DNA from: Octopus vulgaris
Lineage: Eukaryota
Assembly (NCBI GenBank): GCA_951406725.2
Contig: OX597815.1
Coordinates: 76,446,001 to 76,510,000 of the forward strand
Length of the DNA: 64,000 nt
Direction of reading: 5' to 3'
Shown here: positions 1 through 12,899 of the stretch, in pieces
Numbering within the stretch: position 1 is the first letter of the stretch
Layout: every line of letters begins with the position of its first letter
Program-made: the position numbers and the translations under genes
Notes under the pieces: model-generated
What the model saw: only the letters and a program-made list of their open reading frames with translations
Databases searched by the model: none
Told to the model about the DNA's origin: nothing

Positions 1-39
1 ACAATAGCTCTTCTCCAACTCTGAAAATGTTGTTCTCAC

Positions 40-935
40 TTTTGAGAATGTACCTATTTCTTTCTTTACTGTTCAGAAGGTGTTGTCTGAGTAGTACAAT
101 GCAACATTCAAAGGCTATTTGGACTGACCTTATGCTTCTACCACCATCACTTCATCTCTCAATGATCCTATCGGTATTGCTGATAATGTGGCAGTTGCCA
201 GTGGAGCACCAGTCAACATCATTTAGAGTCTTTTCTGGTTTTGATGTCTAGTGTCCGGCTAATATCTCAATATCTAGTGTGTTGATACTGGCCTCTACTG
301 CTATCACTTCATCTCACATAGATCCTTCCAGCATCACTGTTAATGTAGATATTGCCAGAGGTGGTAAGTACCTTTCTGGTTTTGATGTCTAGGTTGTGTA
401 TCTCAAATGTTAGTTGTACATCCCAAATGTTAGTCCTAACACTAGCACTGCAAAAGCATTGAGTGATATAGTTTTGTTAAATGCAGACAACTCTGGATTC
501 TATATTTTCTGGGGTCTACAGAAGTACTCTTTTGTTATTCTGGCTTTAGTCACAGCAGCAGTGTATACAGCAATCTCATTGATTTCAAAGTACTTGTAGT
601 TTTCAGCATTAGAGATAGGGGAGATAGACAAGCTGTTGACGTGCATGTCCTCTATCGGGTTGACAATCTTTCCTTGGTTGACTATCATGTATGAGTTTTT
701 ATCTCGCCCAAACTCCATCGTGAGAATGTTGTGAATAGTTCTAATTTTCTCTTGATGTTGATCGTATTACCAGAATATAACTTTAGGTCATCAACAAAAA
801 ATATGTAATTGACATTAACTTCATTCTTTCCTACATATCCCAGCATGTAGTCTTGGCATTTTGTTAACAAGGCTAATAAGGGGTTCACTGCCAATATAAA
901 CAACATTACAAATAAACTAACACCCTAGAATATGT
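40..935 (-). mobile_element. Degenerate non-LTR retrotransposon RT fragment (R4/Dong-like)
   Basis: Translates to IF*GVSLFVMLFILAVNP (GIFQGDSLS-like), FFVDDLKLY, MEFGRDK, YKYF, KEYF..KI, LDIKTRK and SDGGR, with stops and frameshifts. Confidence 0.85.
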
Positions 936-984
936 CTGTCTATCTGTCTGTCTGTCTGCCTCTCTGTATGTATGTATGCATGTG

Positions 985-1190
985 TGTGTCTGTGTTTGTG
1001 TTTGTGTCACCACCATCACTCAACAACTGTTTTGGTTTGTTTATGTCTTTGTAACTTAGCAGTTTGATGAAAAAGACCAATAGAATAAGTACCAGACTTA
1101 TAAGGATATGTACTGGGGTTGATTTTTTCCAACTAAACCCCACTAGGCAGTGCCCCCTGCATAGTTGCTGTCCAATGATTGAAACAAATA
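985..1190 (+). mobile_element. SINE 3' half (tRNA-derived family common in this window)
   Basis: gtaacttagcagttt...atagaataagtaccag...ggcagtgccc...gaaacaa; the same segment occurs at 40370-40550 and 62350-62540. Confidence 0.75.
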
Positions 1191-2322
1191 CGGAAAAAAA
1201 AGAGATTAAAAAAATCTATATAATCTAAATTTCTGTTTTGCAACCATACCCCACCACCTCAAAATGACTATAGTTTTCCACACAGGGTCATCAATGTGGA
1301 TGCCAGTGGAGCACCAGTCAACATCATTTACAGTTGGAACTATGGTGGTATCTGATTGTCTTCAAACCTCTGACTTTTGCTCTTGATTGAGGAAAATGTG
1401 CTTGCTGAGGGAGATTTAGCAGCTATTTCTCATGGACCAAGCAATCATGTAGATGTTCCTTCATTGCCTATTTATGTTAAATGTCAAAGTGGATAGAGTG
1501 TTAGACAAGTAACTTCAATGTACTAAATTCAAATATGTTGTAATCTGTTAAGTCTTCTAGTCGGACATTTAATTGAATTTGCTTTTGTTTGTCCGGACGC
1601 TGACAATGAAATACCAGATATTTTGGAAATGTTATCTGCAGTAGCTTGACATGCTATCCAGAGAAAGATGTATCTCAGAAGCACTTAATACTGTAGTGTG
1701 GGTGGGTTTAATATCAGCCTGATGATCTCTTATAACTCACAAAGACTTCTATTTATATAATCTAGAATAGCTTGACAATGATTGGATGAAAATAATGTTA
1801 TCTATCTGGAATTGCAGACAACTGATGGGTCAAAGTGACAAGGTGGTGGTTGTAATTTATTTGTTTATTATCATCTTTTTTTTTTTTAATTATTACATCC
1901 TGTTAAGAGAATGAACTTCTTTCATTTTACTATTAGCAAACCCAAATATACTGTTTTAGTTCTAGTGGTGATCTTTAGCAGCGAGCTTTCATTGTTTGCT
2001 TGGCAATGTTGCTGTTCACACAGCTAAATACTTCTTGCATGCATAATTGACCAGCACCAACTCATCTCCTTACCGCCCTCTCCAACACCCACACCTAATT
2101 GTTCACCTGCCTATACACCTACTTAGCAACATACTTACCGACCTACATACCTACTTTAGTGTTTTGATGCATGCTTATATTGCACACATGCATTCAGAAA
2201 TGATTGCTTGCTTCCTTAGGATGTATGTTCATTCATATGTAGATACATGTTGATATTTTTCCTCTGTCTATCTGATCGTCTTTCTGACCATCTGTCTCTG
2301 TAACTCACACACATAGACACAA

Positions 2323-3070
<748 letters not shown>

Positions 3071-3075
3071 ATACA

Positions 3076-4100
3076 ATATGTTACATTACTCGGTAGTCAA
3101 GATAAAACTCTGAGTTTCAGATGCCGAAGTGGAAATCCACAACACCATCTCTTCGGTTATCTGGCTATTTGAAAACGTTATGAAAAAATACCGTTAAAAA
3201 TGAAGGGAAATTACTCTGTTATAACTCTGTTTTGCCTGCGTACTTATACACGCTCGCATTTTTCGTCATAAAAATTATATAAAAATACATAAAAAATATA
3301 TAAAAATATATAAAAATATATAAAATCTTCTTGGGACATAACACAGAAAGCATGTTCTATCCGTTTTCTTTAGGGGACCAAAAACGTAACAGAAATTTAG
3401 TCACATGTGGGCATGATCCGAAAAGTTCTGTCCTTGTATTTAGACATGTGGTAGGGTCTAAGCTGCTTTTCCAGATAAGCCATCTCTTCATGTCGCATAA
3501 ACCGCACCTTCCGCTGCCGTTAGTATAGGGCTTACATCTGGCCAAAATCTTCCATTGTATGTTATAATCGACACCTTTATCTCTTAAAGACCAAATATGA
3601 TTGGATAATTGTGTCGCTTATAACATACAATGGAAGATTTTGGCCAGATGTAAGCCCTATACTAACGGCAGCGGAAGGTGCGGTTTATGCGACATGGAGA
3701 GATGGCTTATCTGGAAAAGCAGCTTAGACCCTACCACATGTCTAAATACAAGGACAGAACTTTTCGGATCATGCCCACATGTGACTAAATTTCTGTTACG
3801 TTTTTGGTCCCCTAAAGAAAACGGATAGAACATGCTTTCTGTGTTATGTCCCAAGAAGATTTTATATATTTTTATATATTTTTATATATTTTTTATGTAT
3901 TTTTATATAATTTTTATGACGAAAAATGCGAGCGATGTATAAGTACGCAGGCAAAGCAGAGTTATAACAGAGTAATTTCCTTCATTTTTTAACGGTATTT
4001 TTTCATAACGTTTTCAAATAGCCAGATAACCGAAGAGATGGTGTTGTGGATTTCCACTTCGGCATCTGAAACTCAGAGTTTTAATAGTAATGTAACATAT
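3076..4100. mobile_element. Penelope-like element 3' ends in head-to-head inverted orientation (~490-bp arms)
   Basis: 3076-3574 is the reverse complement of 3611-4100 with few differences. It encodes LSNHIWSLRDKGVDYNIQWKILARCKPY...RCGLCDMERWLI...LNTRTELFGSCPH, the C-terminal part of a PLE GIY-YIG endonuclease region. Confidence 0.85.
3100..3162 (-). ncRNA. Variant minimal type I hammerhead ribozyme in the PLE terminal repeat
   Basis: Minus strand reads AGATAA-CCGAAGA-GATG...CATC-T-GAAA-CTC-A-GAG-T-T-TTATCT. Stem I is AGATAA/TTATCT, stem II GATG/CATC, and stem III the palindromic ACTC/GAGT. The core deviates from CUGANGA. Confidence 0.55.
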
Positions 4101-4112
4101 ATATATATATAT

Positions 4113-4175
<63 letters not shown>

Positions 4176-4346
4176 TACACACACACATATATATATAATA
4201 TACATAAAAACATATATATGCTATATATGCATATATGTATATATCTATGTGTATATAAATGGAATTATATATATATGTAGATACTTATACATATATGTAT
4301 ACATGAATACACACATATATGTGTATATTATGTATATGTATGTGTG

Positions 4347-4390
<44 letters not shown>

Positions 4391-4612
4391 GCATATATAT
4401 ATATGCATGCATGTGAGCCCATATATATTTACATACATACACACACACACAATCGTATATTCATATATTACAATAAAATAACTGATGGACAGGCAGTTGT
4501 TAATGTCATCAAACCATTTATAAAATAGTTATACCAATGAGATGAGTTGTTAATATACTCTGAACTTGTGTTGTTTCACAAACATTTACTACCACCAATC
4601 TGCTTCATACAC

Positions 4613-4701
<89 letters not shown>

Positions 4702-4726
4702 TATATATATATGTGTATATATATAT

Positions 4727-4767
<41 letters not shown>

Positions 4768-5350
4768 ATGCATATTACTGTATTTAATGGACACCAGACC
4801 CCAGAAACAGCTGTAAAGGATTACATGTATTCTCCACTCTCTTATTTGAGTTTAAACTCTCGAGATTTTTGCCTACCTATTCAAGATGACTACTCAGATT
4901 CCTCTGTCTTTTATTTGTGACAGAGTTTGAATGTTCAGGATATATACCTATCTATGAAGAATTACGATGAACTCACCCTCTTCCTGATTTTCTTATTTTC
5001 CTGCTTAATTGACATATTTTTATACTAATTTCTATAGGACTAATCTATAAATTATTTGATGTCATTCAGAACAACCAGTCCATCATTTATTTTATCATAC
5101 TTTCATTACCTTGACCAGTATATCGCCTATAGCCAATTCTTGTTTGCTTGTATTCCATCTCCTTTTGTTTGATGTTAGATTTCAGGCATATTTTCTGGTC
5201 TGAGCACTTATTGTCTATATCTATTATATGCCTTGTTTTCACATATTCTTACCCATTATATACATACATACATATATATATACATACATACTTACATATA
5301 TATATATATATATATATCAAATAGTGATAGAAACAGAATAAATACCAGTC

Positions 5351-5753
5351 AGCAATCTTTATCTCCAGCTTAACACAAAAGTTGCGTTAGAACACCGAAT
5401 ACTGCATTATTTACCTTCAGAAGACCTCTCATATGGAGTATAAAAGCAATTAACTATTTTTTAATACGTCCACTGGCTATTTGCAACATCAATGCTTGAA
5501 CAGACATTGATATTCTATATATCTTTGATGGAAGATTTGGTCATTATGAAGCAACAGGATATCTGGTACTGAAGAGCTCAAAACACAGCAAAATCCCATG
5601 ATCTGGCAGTTCCAGCAGACGTAGCTCTCAACAACGTAAATAAGAGTGCTTTTGTGCATCAATGAGTCCATATGAGTGGTACTGTCAAAGTAAATAAAAT
5701 AGTATTGTGTGTTCTAACACAACCTCTATGTTAAGTTGGAGATAAAAATTACC
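5351..5753. mobile_element. MITE-like element with ~80-bp imperfect terminal inverted repeats
   Basis: aatctttatctccagcttaacac...gttagaacac...ctcatatgga (5354-5437) pairs with tccatatgag...gtgttctaac...gttaagttggagataaaaatt (5667-5750). Confidence 0.75.
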
Positions 5754-5762
5754 TTCATATAT

Positions 5763-6165
5763 ATCATCATCATCATTTAGCATTTGCTTTCCATGCTGGC
5801 ATGAGTAAGACAATTTGACTGAAACTGGCAAGCTGGAGGGCTACACCAGGTTCCATTCTGATTTGGCATGGTTTCTACAGCTCAATGCCCTTCCTAATGC
5901 CAACCACTCCAATAGTGTAATGAGTGCTTTTTGCATGCCACCAGCATGGGTGACACTGGCATTGACCACAACTATTCACTTGGCTTCACAGGTCTTCTCA
6001 AGCATGGCATAGCACCAAAGGCCTCGGTCACTTGTCAGATATATCATCATCATTTAACAAGCATGTTCTATGCTGGCATGGGTTGGATGGTTTGACAGGA
6101 TCAGATGTGTCCAATGAATGCAGTGAGCTCCATAGTCTACTTTGGCATGGTTTTTATGGCTGGTT
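5763..6165 (-). mobile_element. Two short retroelement copies with (CAT)n tails (RTE-tail-like family)
   Basis: catcatcattt...ccatgctggcatgg...gcccttcctaatgccaaccac; related copies at 8245-8400, 46005-46232 (opposite orientation) and 57660-57960. Strand inferred from the tail. Confidence 0.7.
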
Positions 6166-6429
6166 CATTTGTAACAGCAAAAGTCTCTGTAAATGTAATG
6201 GCTCTTATCCTGCACTAAAGCCAGTTCCTTTGTGAACTCCTCCTTTCCTCCATTTCTCAACTATGGTAGCCGAGCACACCCTAGGTAAATCTCCTCTAAC
6301 ACTCTCCCTATTCACTCTACAAGATTCATCACTATACATATATGCTAAATGTAAAAAGATCTCCAGCTGCTTCAAGTTACATCTTTCCTTAAAAATACAT
6401 GAACAGTATGTAACTAGAACCATTTTAAT

Positions 6430-7100
6430 CCCTTCAAATACTAAGCTTCATTACCCCTGAGGATTTCTTCTGGTGAACACACATACTAAACATAGCAAAA
6501 TTTGCATCCCCACTTCAAAACAAGGAAATACTTCAGGTCCTAACAACTAACCCCTCAACAAAATTTAGGTGAGACCTACATGGGGTATTCCTCTTACAGA
6601 TGGTATGGTGCTGCTGCTATACAAACACAGACATCCTAGAGTACACCCAAAGAAAGGTCAGCTATTTGATTTCCTTGAGGTTGCTTACATGACACTTCAG
6701 CCTCTGGTCCATCAATGTGCTATCTCCTCTCTTTGTCTCTTCTGCTGCTATTACAGTGACTGCCATTGTCTCCTCTCTCTATCTTTTCAGATGCTATTAT
6801 TATCTCTGCTGTTTTCTGTATTTTCTGCTGCTACTGCAGTAACTTCTGCTGTCTCTTCTCTCTGTCATTTCAGTTACTAGAGTGACATCTGAGATGTGAC
6901 AGCTGATCTCATGCCACCTCCACTCAAATATCTTCCTTTCTATTCTTGTCATCCTTATTCTGTCCTCTCTAAGTCCTTGCCATTAAGCCTTATATCAAGT
7001 TCTCTCACTCCAAAATGTTGGCTCTCTGGAATCCCTTTCTGGCAGCTATCAACTTGCAGTATTAAAGAAAAATGTTCAAGGCATGAATCTCACTGGTGTT
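6430..7100 (+). mobile_element. Degenerate CR1/Jockey-like LINE, region C-terminal to RT
   Basis: KI*VRPT..YSSYRWYGAAA (KAQVRPxMEYCSHIWxGA-like), LQPLVHQCAISSLCLFCCYY (LQPLxHRRxVASLxLFYRYY-like) and LWNP. Confidence 0.6.
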
Positions 7101-7718
7101 AGATCTACAAATAGTCATGTTCATGGCCCCTTCCAACAGACCAAACCAGTAAGAGTAAAGAAAGCCCTGTGTATCCTCTTCCTGTTACTATGATGGGTTT
7201 TGCTCTATCAATATGTAAATAACCCATCCTATACACTAATATTTCCTCATTCCAGCATCACTAAATATCACACTCCTTTCTTCTGAGGATATTATCTTAC
7301 TAGAACCCACTTCCCTCATTTTACTAACATGAAAAGTTTAACGTATAAAGCAACTATACTTTAAGCTAAATAAATCTCCCAGCTTTGGTACAATGTTTTT
7401 TAATGTAATGGTATTACCTGAAGCAAGACTGCACCAAATTGTCATAGTTACAACTTTATCTTGTAAGAAGATCTAAACTCTGATGAAATGAACTTGTAAA
7501 ATTCTAACAGAATGTTAATTAAATTAAAAGGTCTGCTGTTACTGAAAAACATTTCGAGTAACAAAAAAAAAAAAGGAAAAGAATAGTTAGTTATTGCTCT
7601 TCCCTTTAGACTTGCAAATAAAATGAATATAATATGACTGTATACCAAGATATTCACTCTTAAGTGAGATTTAGATAATAGATATTTCACTCAATGTAGC
7701 CAGTAGTTATATAATTAT

Positions 7719-7776
7719 TGTTGCTGATATGATTAGCAATAGTGCTCTGTTGCTGATATGATTAGCAATAGTGCTC
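7719..7776. repeat. Perfect 29-bp tandem duplication
   Basis: tgttgctgatatgattagcaatagtgctc occurs twice in tandem. Confidence 0.9.
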
Positions 7777-10314
7777 TGAGATTCAAGCTCTGTTAATAAA
7801 AGAACTAATCTCATTAATGTAGATGATGACAGCATATTGGGTTTGGATAAAATAATAATTGGATGAAATTTGAATAACTGTTTATATTGATTAAATTACA
7901 TAGACCACACACGTGCACAAATAATGCTAAAGAGAAAACTGTAATAATATGCAGGTACAAGGTCGATTTTCTGAACCAGGAGTGGTCACCTCTAAATTGA
8001 ATACTAAATTTACTTAAATAATTAAATGAAATACAGGTGCCTGCACATTAGTATAACTGATACAAGTTTATTAACACTGTACTGCACAAGGTATTGTGAA
8101 ACAGGGCTGCCCACTAATCTAGTCTGTTGGCTGTGGGAATTTGAAGTTTCTGCTTGTAAATTAGTGTTGATTATAAGAGATTCCAGACCATCAGTTTCTG
8201 GAAAGTTGGTGTTGTACCTCTATTATAGGTTTAGATTTGAATGCATCATCATCATTTAATGCCTCTTTCCTATGCTGGCATGGCTTGGATGGTTTAACAG
8301 GAACTGATGAGCCAGAAGACTGTGCTGAGATCCAATAGTTGGATGCCCTTGTTAATGCCAGTCCTTTTACAGAATGTACTGGGTGCTTTTTCGTGATGCC
8401 AAGACAAGATCCTTCGACTGAGTTGAGATGTAGTGCTATTGAGGAAGGTGGCTTTATGCCAGGTGATGAGAATTTAAAGTAGGATAGAGAGACAGGAACA
8501 TGTGTCTTGCTGAAGAGGAGATACATAGCTGCCTGAACTCGAAAGATAGCAATAGATGGTGAGAATCAGAGAATAGGGACAGGGAACTAGAAAGTAAGGG
8601 TGGGTAGGTAAATTTGCAAGAGTGTGAAAGGAGGGTGATAAGAGTTATACACATCAAAATATACAATGGTAAAAGGGATACTTGCAATGACTTCTCAAAC
8701 TATATGAGGAAATAATTAGGAAAATGATAATTTGATTGATTTAGAGAGAAATAACTTGCTCGTTAACAATGATGATATTATTAGCACTATTGACATGAAA
8801 GAATAAGATAGAAGGCTGAGTTGGTAGAATTGACAGCTACAAAGACAGCTCAATGAAATATCAAATATATCTTTAGAATATCTTACAACACTAACATTTT
8901 AAAAATATTATCTGGATCTTAAGTTTCATTTCCTAACTTTCTCTTTCTTTACAAATGTGCTATAAAATAGCCCTTTACATGGTCTCTGATCAAATCACTT
9001 GCCTAGGAAGTACATGACTGAAAGCCCTTCACAGTAGCCTGTCACATGGTTGTAAGAGAAATATTTTGCATATGTTTAAATAATTGTTTAATGCTTTGTA
9101 TTTTTTATTGTTCGTGTGTATAATCTCAAAAGTTTCTTTTCTTTTCTCCAATCATGATTCACAATCCAAAAATAGACAGGGAGAGATAGCTGTTTATATA
9201 AAGAAAAGTCTTCAACCTTCTAAAAATCTGCATGAATTTGGCATGAATATTGTATATATTGTATGTAGAAATTCTGAAAAATTTCTCTGTCTAATCAATC
9301 AATAATCAAGATGATAGTGACCTTACATGTTTTTATTAAAAATAAACATTTAAAAATGAAAAAAAAATAACCAAACAAACAAACAAAAAGTTAGTTGGAC
9401 ATTGTACGATGATGAAGATGATGTTGATAACACAAAACTGGTTTACAGTTAGCATGTTGTGTATAAAACATTTATACAGAAACTTTAACTTTACATATAG
9501 AATAAATTATAAATTAGTTCCTAAATTTTTTATTTTTTTGTTTTTAAATTGAAGCTGTTTATGACTGCATCACTTTTAATAGTCAATAAATGCATTTTAC
9601 ATGAATTTTTGACACTCTGAAACCAGTTCTTTCATTATGCCACCACTAACAAATATAGTTGTTCTACACTTGATTTTAATAATGAGGTAAAGATGAAAAT
9701 TACAGGAGGTTAAGTTCTTATGGTTAATGAATGGTAAATCACATTAACACTACTGGAAATATTTTGGCTTCTTGTGATGTATCTGGGGCAAATCAACTTG
9801 GTGAAGTTCATACATCTCTAAGTTAAACATGGGTGGCATTAGCACTGCAGCTAATAAAACAATCATTATACATGCAGAATGAGTTGCCGGCACTTTTTGC
9901 AGTGAACTTTGTCTCTTCATTGCACCTGTTTACACTTAGATGAACAGAACCATTAAATGTTAAGTGTATTTAACCACATTAAGAGCAGAAGACTTGTAAT
10001 AACATTCAAATATCTGTTTGACAGATAGGTTGGAGCCCAATGGAAACTCATTCTGTTACAACACCTAGGATGGTTAACAGGATTTTGTTTTAAATGAACA
10101 ATTGATGTCATTCTTTCATTTATATGTAGTGGTTGCTTGTTAGATTAAAACATAATGATCTCTATACTCAACTTCCAATAATTTTCACCCAGTTCTAAAA
10201 GCAATATACTTGAAAAATGATACTTTGTAAGGGATGGTGGCATGAAAGATTCTGTGAACAATTTGGGATGTGGTTTTTGGAGGATATAATCTCACATGAA
10301 AAAATATAGATATG

Positions 10315-10318
<4 letters not shown>

Positions 10319-10371
<53 letters not shown>

Positions 10372-10447
10372 ATGTATATATATACATGGCGGTGCCCCAG
10401 CATGGCCACAGCTCATTAGCTGAAACTGGAAAAATCAAAATCATATA

Positions 10448-10496
<49 letters not shown>

Positions 10497-10793
10497 GTAT
10501 ATATATATATATATGTATGTATGTGTATATATATATGTATGTATGTGTATATATATATGTATGTATGTGTATATATATATATATATGTATGTATGTGTAT
10601 ATATATATATATATATGTATGTGTATATATATATATATATATGTATGTATGTGTATATATATATATATATATGTATGTGTATATATATATATATATATAG
10701 ATGTATGTATGTATATATATATATATATATGTATGTGTATATATATATATATATATATATAGATGTATGTATGTATGTATATATATATATATG

Positions 10794-10825
<32 letters not shown>

Positions 10826-10955
10826 GATGTATGTATGTATGTATATATATATATATGTATGTGTATATATATATATATATAGATGTATGTATGTATGTAT
10901 ATATATATATATGTATGTGTATATATATATATATATATAGATGTATGTATGTATG

Positions 10956-11053
<98 letters not shown>

Positions 11054-11093
11054 TGTATGTATGTATGTATATATATATATATGTATGTATGTG

Positions 11094-11175
<82 letters not shown>

Positions 11176-11194
11176 TAGAGAGAGAGAGAGAGAG
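10319..11194. repeat. Compound (TA)n/(TATG)n microsatellite with higher-order repeat, ending in (GA)n
   Basis: Directly visible; it is the source of the YIYI-type spurious ORFs. Confidence 0.95.
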
Positions 11195-12420
11195 GCTGAG
11201 TGAAAGCATTCAAAAAAATCTAATCAGCATTTGCAAATAATGCAGTTATGTAGAAAAATAATTAAGCGCAACGGCAGGTTTTAGACAAGCCTTGTCAGAA
11301 AAGACAAGTTTATATGAGTGCTAATTTCAGTAGTGAGGCAGATGTTTGAACTCTTAACCCACAAATATCGAGGGAAATAAATACAGACATGAAAATATAC
11401 AGGTGAATATTCATTCAGAAAATAACGAAAACATTGGTTAATATTGCAGATTAAAAAAAAATTTTAAAGATATCACAAAATTAAAAATTTCAATATTTTA
11501 TTTCAGACGAATGAATATTATCATTATTATTATCCTTCTTACTGTGTGATTTATATGAATATCATAAGTGAAATGTTTAATTCCAAAATAGTAAATATAT
11601 ATATATATTTCTTTACACAAATGGTAATTCTGTTTTTCCTTTATTATTAGTGTTTTCTTTTTCAATATAACAACTTTTTTTTCAAAATGCAAAATTGTTA
11701 ATGTGTACACTAAAAGAAAAGAAAATGTGATTATCTCTTATCTGTACACATCATTTTTCAAATGCCCTCATTATTAACAAGAAAATTTCTTAACAATCCA
11801 ACAAAGCTGGAGCTTATAAAAGTATCTATGGGCAGAAAAAATTAACTGTATGTCTACATTGACTGTCAGTATGAACTCTTGTGTATATATATGTATGTAT
11901 ATGCGTGTAACTGTTTATGCATATATGGGTACAGTTTGTGCATTTGTGACATTATGTATATATGAAAGTGTGTGCGTTTGCTTCAATATATAATAAGGTA
12001 TGTTAATGCCCAGTGGCCAAATGGATAATGTACTGAACTCTTAAGTTTAAGAGCCATGAATTAATAATACTCAGCAGCAGAGATTGCACTGTCCTTAGGA
12101 AAGACACTTAACTCTACCTGCCTCAAACTGGAAATGAGATGTTGTGATGGATGGTATTATAATGTAACAGCTTTAGGAAGCACCTTATCAGTGATGTGTG
12201 AATGACCTAAAAGAATTAAAGAAGCAAAAAAAAAAGTGCATGTGTGTGCATGCATATCTTTGTATATAGATGAGTAAGTGTGCTTTGGTTGATATTATTT
12301 TACAAGAATAATAATAAATTATAGCAAAATAATGGAACCTATTTGACTTTTGTTCTTTCTAATGTCTCAACTGTAATTTTCCTTTTCAAAAAAAAAAAAA
12401 AATTTAAAACCATAATAATT

Positions 12421-12858
12421 ATTCTTTCTACTATAGGCATAGGGCCTGAAATTTTGTAGGGAAGGGTTAGTTGATTACATTGACCTCAGTACTCAACAGG
12501 TACTTCTTTTATTGACTTTGAAAGGATGAAGGGATAAGTTGACCTTGACGGATTAAGAACTCAGAATGTAAAGATGGACGAAATGTCACTAAGCATTTTG
12601 TTCAGTGTAGTGATGATTCTGCCAGCTCACCACCCTGGTTTCAAATTTTGGCACAAGGCCAGCAATTTCAGGGGATGGGGGGCAAATCAATTATATTGAC
12701 CCCACCCACACTCAATACTTCACTGGTACTTTATTTTATTGAATCCAAAAAGATGAAAGACTAAGTTGAACTTGATAGCATTTGAACTCAGAATGTAAAG
12801 CTAAAAGAAATTCTAAGCATTTTGTCCAGCATACTAACAACAGTGCCAGCTTGCTGCC

Positions 12859-12899
<41 letters not shown>

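Noticed and set aside
9683-9689. let-7 7mer-A1 seed match on the HR4 strand
   Set aside because: One 7-mer in a multi-kb hypothetical UTR is chance level.
10292-11240. Long ORFs of 100-305 aa rich in Y/I/H/T/C/V/M (also at 2.2-4.9, 15.9-16.7 and 45.8-46.3 kb)
   Set aside because: They are translations of stop-free (TA)n/(TATG)n/(CA)n microsatellites.
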